Below are positions 47,173 through 56,550 of a stretch of 64,000 bases of DNA, in pieces (the first letter of the stretch is position 1; each line of letters begins with the position of its first letter). Position numbers and translations under genes: made by a program. The DNA lies in assembly GCA_041615815.1 (NCBI GenBank), contig JBFJCP010000023.1, forward strand, positions 1 to 64,000, written 5' to 3'. The notes beneath the pieces were generated by a model that saw only the letters and a list, made by a program, of their open reading frames with translations, made no database searches and was not told the DNA's origin. The stretch is from Gemmatimonadales bacterium (GTDB lineage: Bacteria; Gemmatimonadota; Gemmatimonadetes; Gemmatimonadales; GWC2-71-9).

Positions 47173-49722
47173 ATGAGTCCCCATCATCACATCCGGGACC
47201 ACTATCTCCCGCCTGATCCGGAGGCGTTCCGCCGCGCGGAGCCAGAGACCGGCCGAGTGCTCGTGATCGCGCCAACTCGTGCTGCCTGCGAGACCATTGA
47301 ACTCGCTCTCCAACTCCAGGTCGAGACGTTGCTGGCTCGTGAGCACGGCGATGAGATGAGGGCCTTGGCTGCGAGAGGCCTGGGGTTCGGGATCGTGGCG
47401 GCAACAGGCACCGGCAAGACGCTGGGTGTGCGCATCATTGCCGAGGAGATCCTCAGAGCTCCTCTGCGAGTCGGCGTCGTGAATCGCGAGCGCGAGGCGA
47501 CGCCGGAAACACCCACGTGGAACGTCGTCATCGTGACCACCGGGATCGCCCGGCGATGGTTCCAGGACGACCTCATCGACCCCCACGACACGATTGTGGT
47601 GGATGAGATCCACCAAACGTCGGCGGAATTGGAACTTTGCCTTGCCCTCGGCAAGCGCTTGGGTTGCCGATTCATCTGGCTCTCCGCAACGGTGGATCCA
47701 TCGTTTTACGCTCGGTATCTCGAGTCCGCCGAGGTGCTGGAGACCACGGCGTTCGATCCGCGGCTCGCCGCCCGCGTGGAGACGCGGATGCAACGACCGC
47801 TCGAGTTTCTGGACCGTCGGTTCGTGCAGCGAGCCGTCCGTGAAGGCCGGGGCGTCGCTGTGTTTCTCCCGACGCGAGCCGAGGTGGAACAGATTGCCAC
47901 GCTCCTCGGAGACGAATGGCCTCGTCTCAATACCTCCTTCTACCACGGGGGCGAGCCCATCCGCGTCATCCGTCCGTTTCTCGACGGAACCGCGAAGAAG
48001 CCGTTCATGCTCGCCATGACACAAGCCGGCCAGTCGGCGCTCAACATCCACGGGCTGGATACCGTCGTGATCTACGACGCGCGGTACGGCAACGTCATCG
48101 ACCGCGGCCGCAATGTGTTAACCCGGCTGTATCTCGGACCCAACGAGATCCTCCAAATGGCCGGTCGGGTCCATGGGCGGGTCCCCAATGGTGAGGTGTA
48201 CATCCTGACCGATCGTGACATCGAGTTCGCCACGCTCCGACCCGTCCCGCCGGAGTTCCAGCTCGCCGGCGACTCGGAACGAGTGGCGCTCACCGCCGGC
48301 GCGCTGGGCATAGATCTCACCCAGCTCGAGCTCCCCATCCCGCTCGATCGACGCGCGTACTCCGAAGCCGTGGGAAAGCTGACCGTCAGAGGCATACTGG
48401 CCGGGACTCGCCTCACCCGATACGGCCGCGACGTGGAGGCGATGCCGGTGGACAGACCCTGGGCCGAGATGCTCGTGCACGCCGATGACGAATTGGTCCC
48501 ATTCGTTGCGGTCTCGGCAAATATCGACTCGCTGCATCGGATGACCCGTGAAGAGAGCGATCTCGGAGGGCTCATCGTGTATGGCAGCGATCATCTCACG
48601 GCCTACAACATCTACGCGGAGGCGGTGAACACGCACGGGTACCTCGGTGAGGTCTACGGGCTCCCACGACATCTGTTTCCGGATGAAGTCGACGACTGGG
48701 CAATGCGTCGCGGCGTCCTCGTGAAGGCCATCGAAGACATTGCTTTGGGGATGGCTTCAGTGTATCGGACGATGGAGATCGCGCTTCCAGCTAAGCTTCC
48801 CCGCGCAACTAATGCGACGCTCCAACGATTCGGCGATCTCGTGGCGCGGATCATGCCGTTTGATCTCGTCATCGAGGGTGAGACCGCGACTGGCGACCGC
48901 GTGCGATTGTCGGATTCCTCCGTCTGTCACGCCGGTGGAGCCATCGCGGGCACATTGCGGTATTTCGCGGACAAGTTCGGGGTGCCGCGGGGCGTGATCG
49001 AAGGGACGACCGTTCCCTTCAAGCTCATTCGCAAGTACGCGACCCTTGGCCCCCCCGAGGTGGAATACCGAGCTGGACGGCGGAGATCGGGACTCGTGGT
49101 GGCTCGCGCCACGAGCTACGCGGGCTTCGTGCTGGACCGGGTGCGCAAACCGCTGGAGGGTCCCTTTCCCCCGGACCTCGTGGACGCGGCGCGCGCGGCG
49201 ATCGTGGAAGCACTGTTGACCGGGTCCACCGCGCATGCCGATCAGCATGCGGTGGTTCGCGTCGCGGACCGTCTCGACGAATACTGGCGACGCTCGGGCG
49301 GCGCACTGCACAACGCCCGGCGCGATCGGGTCCGGGATGCCCTCCACGGGCAGCTCGAGCGCGCAGGGAGTTGGGAAGACTTTCTCGAGACGCGGGTACG
49401 GTTGGAGCTGGACGACTTCGTGTCCGCCGAACAGCGGGCTTCGCTCGACGCCTTGCCCAGCTCAGCTCCAGTGCTTGGGGATCGCGTGCCAGTGACGTAT
49501 GAGATCGAGGGCGGGGTGGGGATCGCACGGCTGAGGCTGCGAGAGGGCCAGGCACGTCGGCTCCGGCACCGAGATCTTCCGCAGATCGAGCGTCCACTAC
49601 GGCTCTCGGTCTACAGAGGCCGGCGGGAGGTGGCCCGGGCGTCCTCGCTGGACGAATTGGATCGCATGCTGCGGCGCCTTCCCCAAAGAGAACGACGCAG
49701 CCGGCGGGGCCGGCGGCGCTAG
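47173..49722 (+). CDS. DExH-box (HrpA/HrpB-like) SF2 helicase with unusual motif order
   Basis: ATGTGKT, DEIH, SAT, FLPTRAE, QMAGRVHGR, LTRYGR..MPV; Arg-rich tail. Confidence 0.88.
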   Translation: MSPHHHIRDHYLPPDPEAFRRAEPETGRVLVIAPTRAACETIELALQLQVETLLAREHGDEMRALAARGLGFGIVAATGTGKTLGVRIIAEEILRAPLRVGVVNREREATPETPTWNVVIVTTGIARRWFQDDLIDPHDTIVVDEIHQTSAELELCLALGKRLGCRFIWLSATVDPSFYARYLESAEVLETTAFDPRLAARVETRMQRPLEFLDRRFVQRAVREGRGVAVFLPTRAEVEQIATLLGDEWPRLNTSFYHGGEPIRVIRPFLDGTAKKPFMLAMTQAGQSALNIHGLDTVVIYDARYGNVIDRGRNVLTRLYLGPNEILQMAGRVHGRVPNGEVYILTDRDIEFATLRPVPPEFQLAGDSERVALTAGALGIDLTQLELPIPLDRRAYSEAVGKLTVRGILAGTRLTRYGRDVEAMPVDRPWAEMLVHADDELVPFVAVSANIDSLHRMTREESDLGGLIVYGSDHLTAYNIYAEAVNTHGYLGEVYGLPRHLFPDEVDDWAMRRGVLVKAIEDIALGMASVYRTMEIALPAKLPRATNATLQRFGDLVARIMPFDLVIEGETATGDRVRLSDSSVCHAGGAIAGTLRYFADKFGVPRGVIEGTTVPFKLIRKYATLGPPEVEYRAGRRRSGLVVARATSYAGFVLDRVRKPLEGPFPPDLVDAARAAIVEALLTGSTAHADQHAVVRVADRLDEYWRRSGGALHNARRDRVRDALHGQLERAGSWEDFLETRVRLELDDFVSAEQRASLDALPSSAPVLGDRVPVTYEIEGGVGIARLRLREGQARRLRHRDLPQIERPLRLSVYRGRREVARASSLDELDRMLRRLPQRERRSRRGRRR

Positions 49723-50297
49723 CCGGAAGGGCCCCCCAAAGACAGTACCCCGAGCCAAGCCGCGGCATACGCTTCCTCCAACACCTTCCCATCCACCCCG
49801 CTCACGAGCTGTAATCCCAACCCCTCGACAGTTGCGGCGAGTAGCCACCCGAGATCCCCGACTGGCACGGCCGGCTCGAGCTTCAAGTCTCGGAGCAGTC
49901 GGATAGCCGCTTCGCCGAGCGCCCGGCTGTACCGAGTCACGGCCTTTTTGGCTGTCTGTTCAGTCAAAACACCAGATCCCACGAGTGATGTCCAGGCCCG
50001 AACCGTGCCATCCTGGGCCTCTCGAGTCAGCAACGTCCAGCTTTTGGCAATGGCCTCGTTCGCGGAGGGCGTACGGAAAGCTTCACGCCAATCGCGCTCC
50101 CGCTGCTCGGCGAGGCGATCGGCCACCGCTTCCAGCAGTGCCTTCTTGTTCTTCAGGTGGTAATGGATCAGTCCCTTCGCGCATCCCGCTTCCTTGGCTA
50201 CGGCATCAATCGTCAGGGCAGGGGCCCCGCGGCGTTGGATCACGGCCTGCGCGGCGTCCAGGATCCCCTCTTTCGAAGTGCTGCTTCTCGTGCCCAC
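49719..50297 (-). CDS. TetR/AcrR family regulator
   Basis: ILDAAQAVI...LTIDAVAKEAGCAKGLIHYHLKNKKALL; start at 50297 or 50327. Confidence 0.92.
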   Translation of the reverse strand: MGTRSSTSKEGILDAAQAVIQRRGAPALTIDAVAKEAGCAKGLIHYHLKNKKALLEAVADRLAEQRERDWREAFRTPSANEAIAKSWTLLTREAQDGTVRAWTSLVGSGVLTEQTAKKAVTRYSRALGEAAIRLLRDLKLEPAVPVGDLGWLLAATVEGLGLQLVSGVDGKVLEEAYAAAWLGVLSLGGPSG

Positions 50298-50367
50298 GCC
50301 ACAGCTCCTGGTTGTCCGGACGACCAATATAGGATCGTGGATCGGCCAAGGACAACCACGGGACTAA

Positions 50368-50386
50368 TGGCCGATCGTTCAGTCAA
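50368..50386 (-). promoter_or_regulatory. Imperfect palindrome TGGCCGATCGTTCA adjoining a TTGACT -35-like hexamer
   Basis: Lies in the divergent tetR / PAS-Fis intergenic region; resembles a TetR operator. Confidence 0.4.
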
Positions 50387-50497
50387 TGCAACGCGAGCTT
50401 CGAGTCGACTGAGGAATCCTGGACGAAGAGGTGAAACCTTTTGCGCTTTGAAGCGTAAGCGAACATAAGCACTGCTTCGGGGAGATCGCTTCCAACC

Positions 50498-50938
50498 GTG
50501 CTTCCTACCACGTTCACTCCACTCGTGCGAGCAATCCTGGACCCCCTGGGCGAGGGAGTGGTCGTGTTCGATCAGGGTGGCAATCTCGTGTACGCCAATG
50601 AGTCGGGCCGCCACGCCATCGAACGTCTTGGCGCAACCGGGAGAGACAGGGACTCGGAGCTTCGTTCACTTCTGCTCCGCCATGGTGCCCGAGTGGCCCC
50701 TCTGCGGATCGGCGACGCCACCCTCGGAGAAGCGGCGTACCTCCCGGAGCCAGATCCCCCCCACGGGACTCTCGCGGAGCGAGAACGACAAGCCATCTTC
50801 ACGACCCTCGAAGCCACGGGCTGGAAGCTCACTGAGAGCGCGCGGCGACTCGGCATTTCTCGCACGACGCTCTGGCGGCGCCTCAAGACCTACGGGTTGT
50901 CCCGCGAGAACTCGCGGCCGTGGTCGGGCAACTCCTAG
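50498..50938 (+). CDS. PAS-like plus Fis-type HTH protein without an AAA+ domain
   Basis: ILDPLGEGVVVFDQGGNLVYANES PAS start; TLAERERQAI...GWKLTESARRLGISRTTLWRRLKTYGL HTH_8. Confidence 0.85.
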   Translation: MLPTTFTPLVRAILDPLGEGVVVFDQGGNLVYANESGRHAIERLGATGRDRDSELRSLLLRHGARVAPLRIGDATLGEAAYLPEPDPPHGTLAERERQAIFTTLEATGWKLTESARRLGISRTTLWRRLKTYGLSRENSRPWSGNS

Positions 50939-53109
50939 TCGCTGCAGCGCTCGTTAGCGTCCCCCAGCAGGTCGATGCCTCGGCCTTCAGCGACCCGAGC
51001 ACGGCAGTACTCTTCGCGCGGGCTCGGGTTCGGCACATTCGCCAGGATTCGCTCGTTCGCGACTACCGCGCCCGCATCCACACCCGGATCGAGGCAACCG
51101 TTGGCAGGAGTCGTTTTGGCCGCCTGACCAGTCTCTTTGTTCATGAGACCGAGGCCACGGTGGCCTGGCAAACGCCCAACGACCTCCGAGTCGAAATCCT
51201 CGGCGCCCGCACGGCGTTACCGGCTCTACGCATGATCGGGCGGATCAATCGGAAGATCGAAGGTGAGCTGGATCAGGAGTCGCGTGGCCTCGGTTCGGAG
51301 GCGCTTCTCGACCGGCCGTGGTTCGTTCCACGCGCGCTCGGGGACAGCGTCCGTCTCCTCGGCGTGCCGAGCACGGCCGCGCTCCACCCCCTCGCTCCAG
51401 ATGCCGAGTCGATCTATCGCTATGCCATTCGCGATACGCTGACGTTGCGTCTCCCGAGCCAAGTGGTGCGCGCCGTGCGCATGCGGGTGGAACCCAGAGT
51501 GCTTGGACCGTCCATGATCGCGGGGGACATGTGGCTGGACGCCGAGACCGCAGATGTGGTCCGTCTCATGGTGGTCTTCATCGGCGAGTATCTCTGGGAG
51601 GAGCCGAAGCGTCCTACAGCAGAGGACAGCACGAGGGCCCGAAACGCTAACAAGTGGGCGAGTCGGTTCATCACCACGGACGCCGATATCGAGTATGCAC
51701 TGGTCCACCAGCAGTATTGGATGCCGAGGCGCCAGGTGCTGCTTCAGACCGTCACGGTGCCGTGGTTCGCCGACATGACGGTTCCGGTTCGCGCCATCAC
51801 CATCTTTGATGCGTACCGCATCAACACCGACACCGTACTGACGTTTGCCCTGGACGCTCCGAGTGATCCACGGGGGACCGAGCTCAGGGTCAAGTCGCGC
51901 AATGCCAAAGAGGGCGATCGGGGGAATGATGAGGATCGCCGGCAGCATGGGTATTTGCGAGGGGGGGTGTGGGACAATGGACGTTGGGAAGTGAACGTTC
52001 CACCCGAGGATTCGCTAGCCCGTCACGAGTGGGAACGAGAGTTCCGCATCGACCTGGACGATGAGGAGGAAGCGCAACTCCGGGAATCGATCGCCGCGCT
52101 CGCTCGACTCGAGGAGGATTTGCCAGCACAGTGGGTTGGTCACCAACGGCTGGCGCTTGCCTGGGAGCGATTTTCCGATCTCTTCCGCTTCAACCGGGTG
52201 CAGGGTCCATCGCTCGGTGTGGGCTACCAGCTTCGGCCCGGCCCCGCGTTCACGACGCTGCACGTGACGGCCCGTTTCGGACTCGCGGATCAACGGCCCA
52301 CGGGTTCGCTCACCTGGCGGCGCGATGGCCCGGGCGGCCGGCTCGATCTCAGCGTGTACCGGGTGGTCCAGGACGCGGAGCCATGGACCAACGGGCAAGG
52401 GTTCGGGAACTCCCTGAACGCGTTAGTCACCGGTCACGATGATGCGGACTACTTGCTGGCCTTCGGGGGCGGACTGTCCCACACGTGGCACTCGGGTCTT
52501 CTGCGGGACGTGGAGGTCGGTCTCTTTGGCGAGCGCCAGCGAAGCATGGCTGTGGAGGCGGGCTCGATCTTCGCGGACCTCGTGGGAGACGGGGATTTTC
52601 AACCCAACCCACCCGTGATCGAGGGGGACTTCTTCCGCGCCGCCGTTCGTCACGTTCGTGAGCTCGGTCCGGTCGAATGGCGTCAGGGAGCGGAAACGCT
52701 GCTTGGCGAGGATCGGGGAAGCGTCCGTCTGTGGACCGGGCTGCGCGTGCCGTTCGCCATCGCGTCCCGCACCGGGACACTGACGTTGCGAGGCGGTCTC
52801 ACCCGGGGAGATGCGCTGTCACAGATGCTGGTGCGAGTGGGTGGCACCGAGACCGTGCGGGGCTACACCTATGGAACCAGAGTTGGTCGGGAGTTCTGGT
52901 CCGCGCAGCTCGACATCGGATTGAGCTCGAGTCCCTACTTGGCCCCGGTGGCCTTCGTCGATGTGGGTGACACGTTTACTGGGGACCCCTTGGTCGGTAT
53001 CGGTGCCGGTCTTTCGATTCTTCATGGCCTGGTGCGCCTCAACCTGGCCAAAGGCCTGAATCCGGGTACGGACGTGCGCTTCGATCTGTTCTTCAACGCA
53101 CCGCGTTAA
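50920..53109 (+). CDS. Secreted protein with a C-terminal outer-membrane beta-barrel (Omp85-like)
   Basis: Signal peptide, RFNRVQG, VGGTETVRGY (VRGY-like loop), FVDVG, GIGAGLS, terminal alternating strands. Confidence 0.72.
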   Translation: MVGQLLVAAALVSVPQQVDASAFSDPSTAVLFARARVRHIRQDSLVRDYRARIHTRIEATVGRSRFGRLTSLFVHETEATVAWQTPNDLRVEILGARTALPALRMIGRINRKIEGELDQESRGLGSEALLDRPWFVPRALGDSVRLLGVPSTAALHPLAPDAESIYRYAIRDTLTLRLPSQVVRAVRMRVEPRVLGPSMIAGDMWLDAETADVVRLMVVFIGEYLWEEPKRPTAEDSTRARNANKWASRFITTDADIEYALVHQQYWMPRRQVLLQTVTVPWFADMTVPVRAITIFDAYRINTDTVLTFALDAPSDPRGTELRVKSRNAKEGDRGNDEDRRQHGYLRGGVWDNGRWEVNVPPEDSLARHEWEREFRIDLDDEEEAQLRESIAALARLEEDLPAQWVGHQRLALAWERFSDLFRFNRVQGPSLGVGYQLRPGPAFTTLHVTARFGLADQRPTGSLTWRRDGPGGRLDLSVYRVVQDAEPWTNGQGFGNSLNALVTGHDDADYLLAFGGGLSHTWHSGLLRDVEVGLFGERQRSMAVEAGSIFADLVGDGDFQPNPPVIEGDFFRAAVRHVRELGPVEWRQGAETLLGEDRGSVRLWTGLRVPFAIASRTGTLTLRGGLTRGDALSQMLVRVGGTETVRGYTYGTRVGREFWSAQLDIGLSSSPYLAPVAFVDVGDTFTGDPLVGIGAGLSILHGLVRLNLAKGLNPGTDVRFDLFFNAPR

Positions 53110-53167
53110 CAGGCCCTGCGGCGCCGGTATAGCGCCATCGGGCAGGCCCACCTACGTTTCCTCACCC

Positions 53168-53641
53168 ATGCAGCCTCGCCCCTTCGTCATCGACGAGTAT
53201 GTGCGGTGGTCCGACGTCGACTTCGCCGGGATCATCTTTTACGGCTCCTACGTGCGCTTCTTTGAGATCGCCGAGACCGAGCTCTTTCGTACCGCCGGTC
53301 TTCCGTATGGTGAGGTCTTCGACCGTTTCGATATCTGGCTCCCCCGGGTGCACTTCGGCTGCGATTTCAAGTATCCGGCGCGGCTGGACGACCACCTGCG
53401 CGTGAGCGCCTATTTCACCGAGTTTGGCACCAGTTCGATCCGCATCAATTTCGACGTGGTGCATCTGGGCTCACGGCGCCTTGCAGCTGTGGGCGAAGAA
53501 GTGCTCGTGTGCACCGATCGCGATTCGCTGCGGCCCCGGGCGTTACCCCCAGAGCTCCGACGGCAGCTCGAGCCGTTCGCGCTGACCGCCACCGAGGCGC
53601 GCGCTCACCTCGGACTCGGAAAGACGGGATCCAGTCCATGA
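53168..53641 (+). CDS. Acyl-CoA thioesterase (YbgC/4HBT family)
   Basis: VRWSDVDFAGIIFYGSYVRFFEIAE hotdog-fold motif. Confidence 0.9.
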   Translation: MQPRPFVIDEYVRWSDVDFAGIIFYGSYVRFFEIAETELFRTAGLPYGEVFDRFDIWLPRVHFGCDFKYPARLDDHLRVSAYFTEFGTSSIRINFDVVHLGSRRLAAVGEEVLVCTDRDSLRPRALPPELRRQLEPFALTATEARAHLGLGKTGSSP

Positions 53642-54300
53642 CCACCCGCTCCGTCCTGGTGTGCTTTCTCCTGACGGCCGCGTGCGAGGGCAATCAGGGC
53701 GATGCTTCCATCGATCCCGACTCGGTGGTGTCCGAAGAGCCAGCCATGACGGCCAACCCCACTGAGCTTCCACCTATGCCGGAATATCCGTCCGCACGTC
53801 GGGGTCATCTGGTGGTCGTCACCGCCGGCGGAACCGATACGATTCAGGGGAACTGGCCGGCGAGCGCCCAAGTCTGCCAAGAGCCCCCGGCGCTTCTGGT
53901 GAGGGCTGAGAGTCCGGACGTTGGGTTCGTGGTTCTGTTGCATAGGACGGCAGAGGATACGATACCACGCGTCTATCGCGTGGCGGCGACGGACAGTGGA
54001 TTCCCGATCCCCCCAGCAGCCCAAGTGGGAGTTCAGCAGGTGACGGAGCGAGGGGTCTCCGGCTTCCGGGGTGTGTTTGGTACCGTCGAGCTGGAAGCGC
54101 TCGAACCACGCGCCGCCGGTCGCATCGCCGTAACACTCCGCGAGCTCGAATCGAGTGAAAGCAGGCAGTTCGCTGCGGTGTTCGCGGAACTCCCCGTGCA
54201 ACCGGCGCGCCCCGAAGATTGTGAGACACTCCGCGGTGGGGCGCCTGACGAGGAGCCGGATTCCTCGGCGTCGCCGATCGGGGGGCAGTCCCTCGAATAG
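53638..54300 (+). CDS. Hypothetical lipoprotein
   Basis: ATGA-coupled to the thioesterase; lipobox LTAAC after a hydrophobic signal. Confidence 0.72.
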   Translation: MTTRSVLVCFLLTAACEGNQGDASIDPDSVVSEEPAMTANPTELPPMPEYPSARRGHLVVVTAGGTDTIQGNWPASAQVCQEPPALLVRAESPDVGFVVLLHRTAEDTIPRVYRVAATDSGFPIPPAAQVGVQQVTERGVSGFRGVFGTVELEALEPRAAGRIAVTLRELESSESRQFAAVFAELPVQPARPEDCETLRGGAPDEEPDSSASPIGGQSLE

Positions 54301-54322
54301 ACAATCGATTACATTGCGAACG

Positions 54323-55516
54323 ATGACCGACACATACTTTCGGAGAGGTTTCGGCCTCAAAGGTGAGGTGGCCGAGGATCTCACGGCGGACTATCACAGT
54401 CAACTGGTGGATCGGATCCGCGCTGAGGGCGGTATGTTATCCGTCGAAGGCTTCGCCATCCTTGTTGCGAAGGAGTTTGGTTTCTGCTACGGCGTCGACC
54501 GTGCGGTAGAGTATGCGTACCAAACGCGGGCCAAGTTCCCTGACCGTCAGATCTACCTCGTGGGCGAGATCATCCATAATCCCCATGTGAACACCAAGAT
54601 GGAGGTCATGGGGATCACCATTCTCCGACCTGAAAGCGACGGCGCGTTCGATTATTCTCACATCACGGAGGACGATGTCGTGGTTCTGCCGGCGTTCGGG
54701 GTTCGGCGCGAGGACTTCGAGCAGTTACGGAAGGTGGGCTGTCTCGTGGTAGACACGACCTGCGGGTCGGTGCTCAACGTGTGGAAGCGGGTGGACCGAT
54801 ACGCAAGAGAGGGTTTCACGGCCGTGGTGCACGGAAAGCACTATCACGAGGAGACCAAGGCGACGGTGAGCCAGGTATCGAAGTACCCTGGTGGCAAGTA
54901 TATGATCGTGCGGGACATGGCGGAGGCCGAGTTATTGTGTGGGTTTCTCGAAAACCGGCTCGAATCTTCGACTATGCGAGAAACGTTTGGTTACAAGGCA
55001 TCTCCCGGTTTCGATTTCTCGGCCGATCTCGAACGCATCGGTGTCGCAAATCAGACCACCATGCTCGCCGGCGAGTCGCTCGCCATCGCGCGACGCATTG
55101 GAGAGTCTCTGGCCCGACGCTACGGTGCCGAGGAGTTGGACAAGCGCTTCCGTACGTTCGACACGATCTGCTCGGCGACGCAGGAACGGCAGGATGCCGT
55201 GTTGGAGCTGATCGAACAGCCGCTCGACGTCATGGTCGTGATCGGCGGGTACAACTCGAGCAACACCAATCATCTGGCCGCGATCTGTTCCGACCGCTTG
55301 ACGACGTATCACATTTCAGACTCGTCTTGCATTGACCCAGAACGCGGAACCATCAGCTTCAAGCCGGTGGGGAGCGAAGAGCCAACGGAACGTGCGCACT
55401 GGTTGGCGGAGACATCCCGGCTGGGCATCACAGCGGGTGCGTCCACTCCCAACAACAAAATCGGCGAAGCCATCGAGCGTATCTTGAAAACTCGTGGCCT
55501 GCCCTCACCGATATAG
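54323..55516 (+). CDS. ispH: 4-hydroxy-3-methylbut-2-enyl diphosphate reductase
   Basis: FGFCYGVDRA, IIHNPHV, DTTC, HEET, NQTT, DTICSATQERQ, SSNT, TAGASTP. Confidence 0.96.
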   Translation: MTDTYFRRGFGLKGEVAEDLTADYHSQLVDRIRAEGGMLSVEGFAILVAKEFGFCYGVDRAVEYAYQTRAKFPDRQIYLVGEIIHNPHVNTKMEVMGITILRPESDGAFDYSHITEDDVVVLPAFGVRREDFEQLRKVGCLVVDTTCGSVLNVWKRVDRYAREGFTAVVHGKHYHEETKATVSQVSKYPGGKYMIVRDMAEAELLCGFLENRLESSTMRETFGYKASPGFDFSADLERIGVANQTTMLAGESLAIARRIGESLARRYGAEELDKRFRTFDTICSATQERQDAVLELIEQPLDVMVVIGGYNSSNTNHLAAICSDRLTTYHISDSSCIDPERGTISFKPVGSEEPTERAHWLAETSRLGITAGASTPNNKIGEAIERILKTRGLPSPI

Positions 55517-55575
55517 GCGCTCCTGCTGTGCGACAGCGCGCGTACGTGCCCGCGCGATCGACGGAGCGCGCGGTT

Positions 55576-56550
55576 TCAGTTGGGGCCGCCCTCCCTGTGG
55601 GCTTGACCGCGCTGGTTCCACCACCGCTGCGCGGCGTCGTGTAGTGGAATGGGTGGCCGATCGAGCGCTTCCAGTCGGATCTGTCGAGCGATGTCGTGCA
55701 CCTGGATGAGACGATCCCGATCCCGATCCAGAACTTGGAGAACGTGTTCGACGACTTCGGCTGGTAGGTCCGCCCGGGCTACCACCCAATTCATCACCGC
55801 AACCGTCGGTATATCGGCGTCAACACCTGGGTAGCTGCCCGCCGGAATCGTCGCTACATCGTAATACGGATACCGCGCCGTGAGGCTGTCCCGCTGCGCT
55901 CGGCCGATCCCGAGAAGGCGTACGCCGCCGCTCGTAGTCACTTCGAGCACGGAGGAAGCAGGGTATCCCACCGACAGAATGGCTGCAGCGATGGCGCCGT
56001 CTCGGAGCGCATCCGCTGACTCGCGAAACGAGAGATAGCGGATGTCGATGTCGTCGTACCCGACACCGTAGATTTCGAGGAGATGACGGGAGACCTGTTC
56101 GGTGCCGCTTCCCGGAGCACCGACACTGATGCGGCGTCCGCGGAATGCCTCGATGCCGGTCATGCCAGCGCCTCGCGCGATCAGCACGTGCGTGACATTC
56201 GGATAGAGCGGCGCCACCACGCGAAGATCCGACATCGGCATTTGGAAGTCTTCCCCACCGTTGAAGGCTTCATACACGGACGTGCCAATGGAGAAGGCGA
56301 GGTCCATCTCACCGGCGCTGACGCGATTGAGGTTTTCCACGGACCCGCCCGTGACTTCGGCGGTGTATTGCCGCACGGAATCGATTTCGCTGAGTCGTGC
56401 CGCAATCGCTCCGCCGAGCGGGTAGTAGATTCCTCCAGTTCCCGCTGTTCCGAGGCTGAGAAACCGACGTCCGGATCCGTCGCCACCGCCACACGCGAGC
56501 ATCATGGCGGCGGTCACCAGCGTTCCGAGGTCTAGACGGCTACGTAGCAT
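55576..56550 (-). CDS. TAXI-family TRAP solute-binding lipoprotein
   Basis: Lipobox MLAC, GTAGTGGIYYPLG, TGGSVEN, GAPGSGT, IPLHDAA. Confidence 0.93.
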   Translation of the reverse strand: MLRSRLDLGTLVTAAMMLACGGGDGSGRRFLSLGTAGTGGIYYPLGGAIAARLSEIDSVRQYTAEVTGGSVENLNRVSAGEMDLAFSIGTSVYEAFNGGEDFQMPMSDLRVVAPLYPNVTHVLIARGAGMTGIEAFRGRRISVGAPGSGTEQVSRHLLEIYGVGYDDIDIRYLSFRESADALRDGAIAAAILSVGYPASSVLEVTTSGGVRLLGIGRAQRDSLTARYPYYDVATIPAGSYPGVDADIPTVAVMNWVVARADLPAEVVEHVLQVLDRDRDRLIQVHDIARQIRLEALDRPPIPLHDAAQRWWNQRGQAHREGGPN

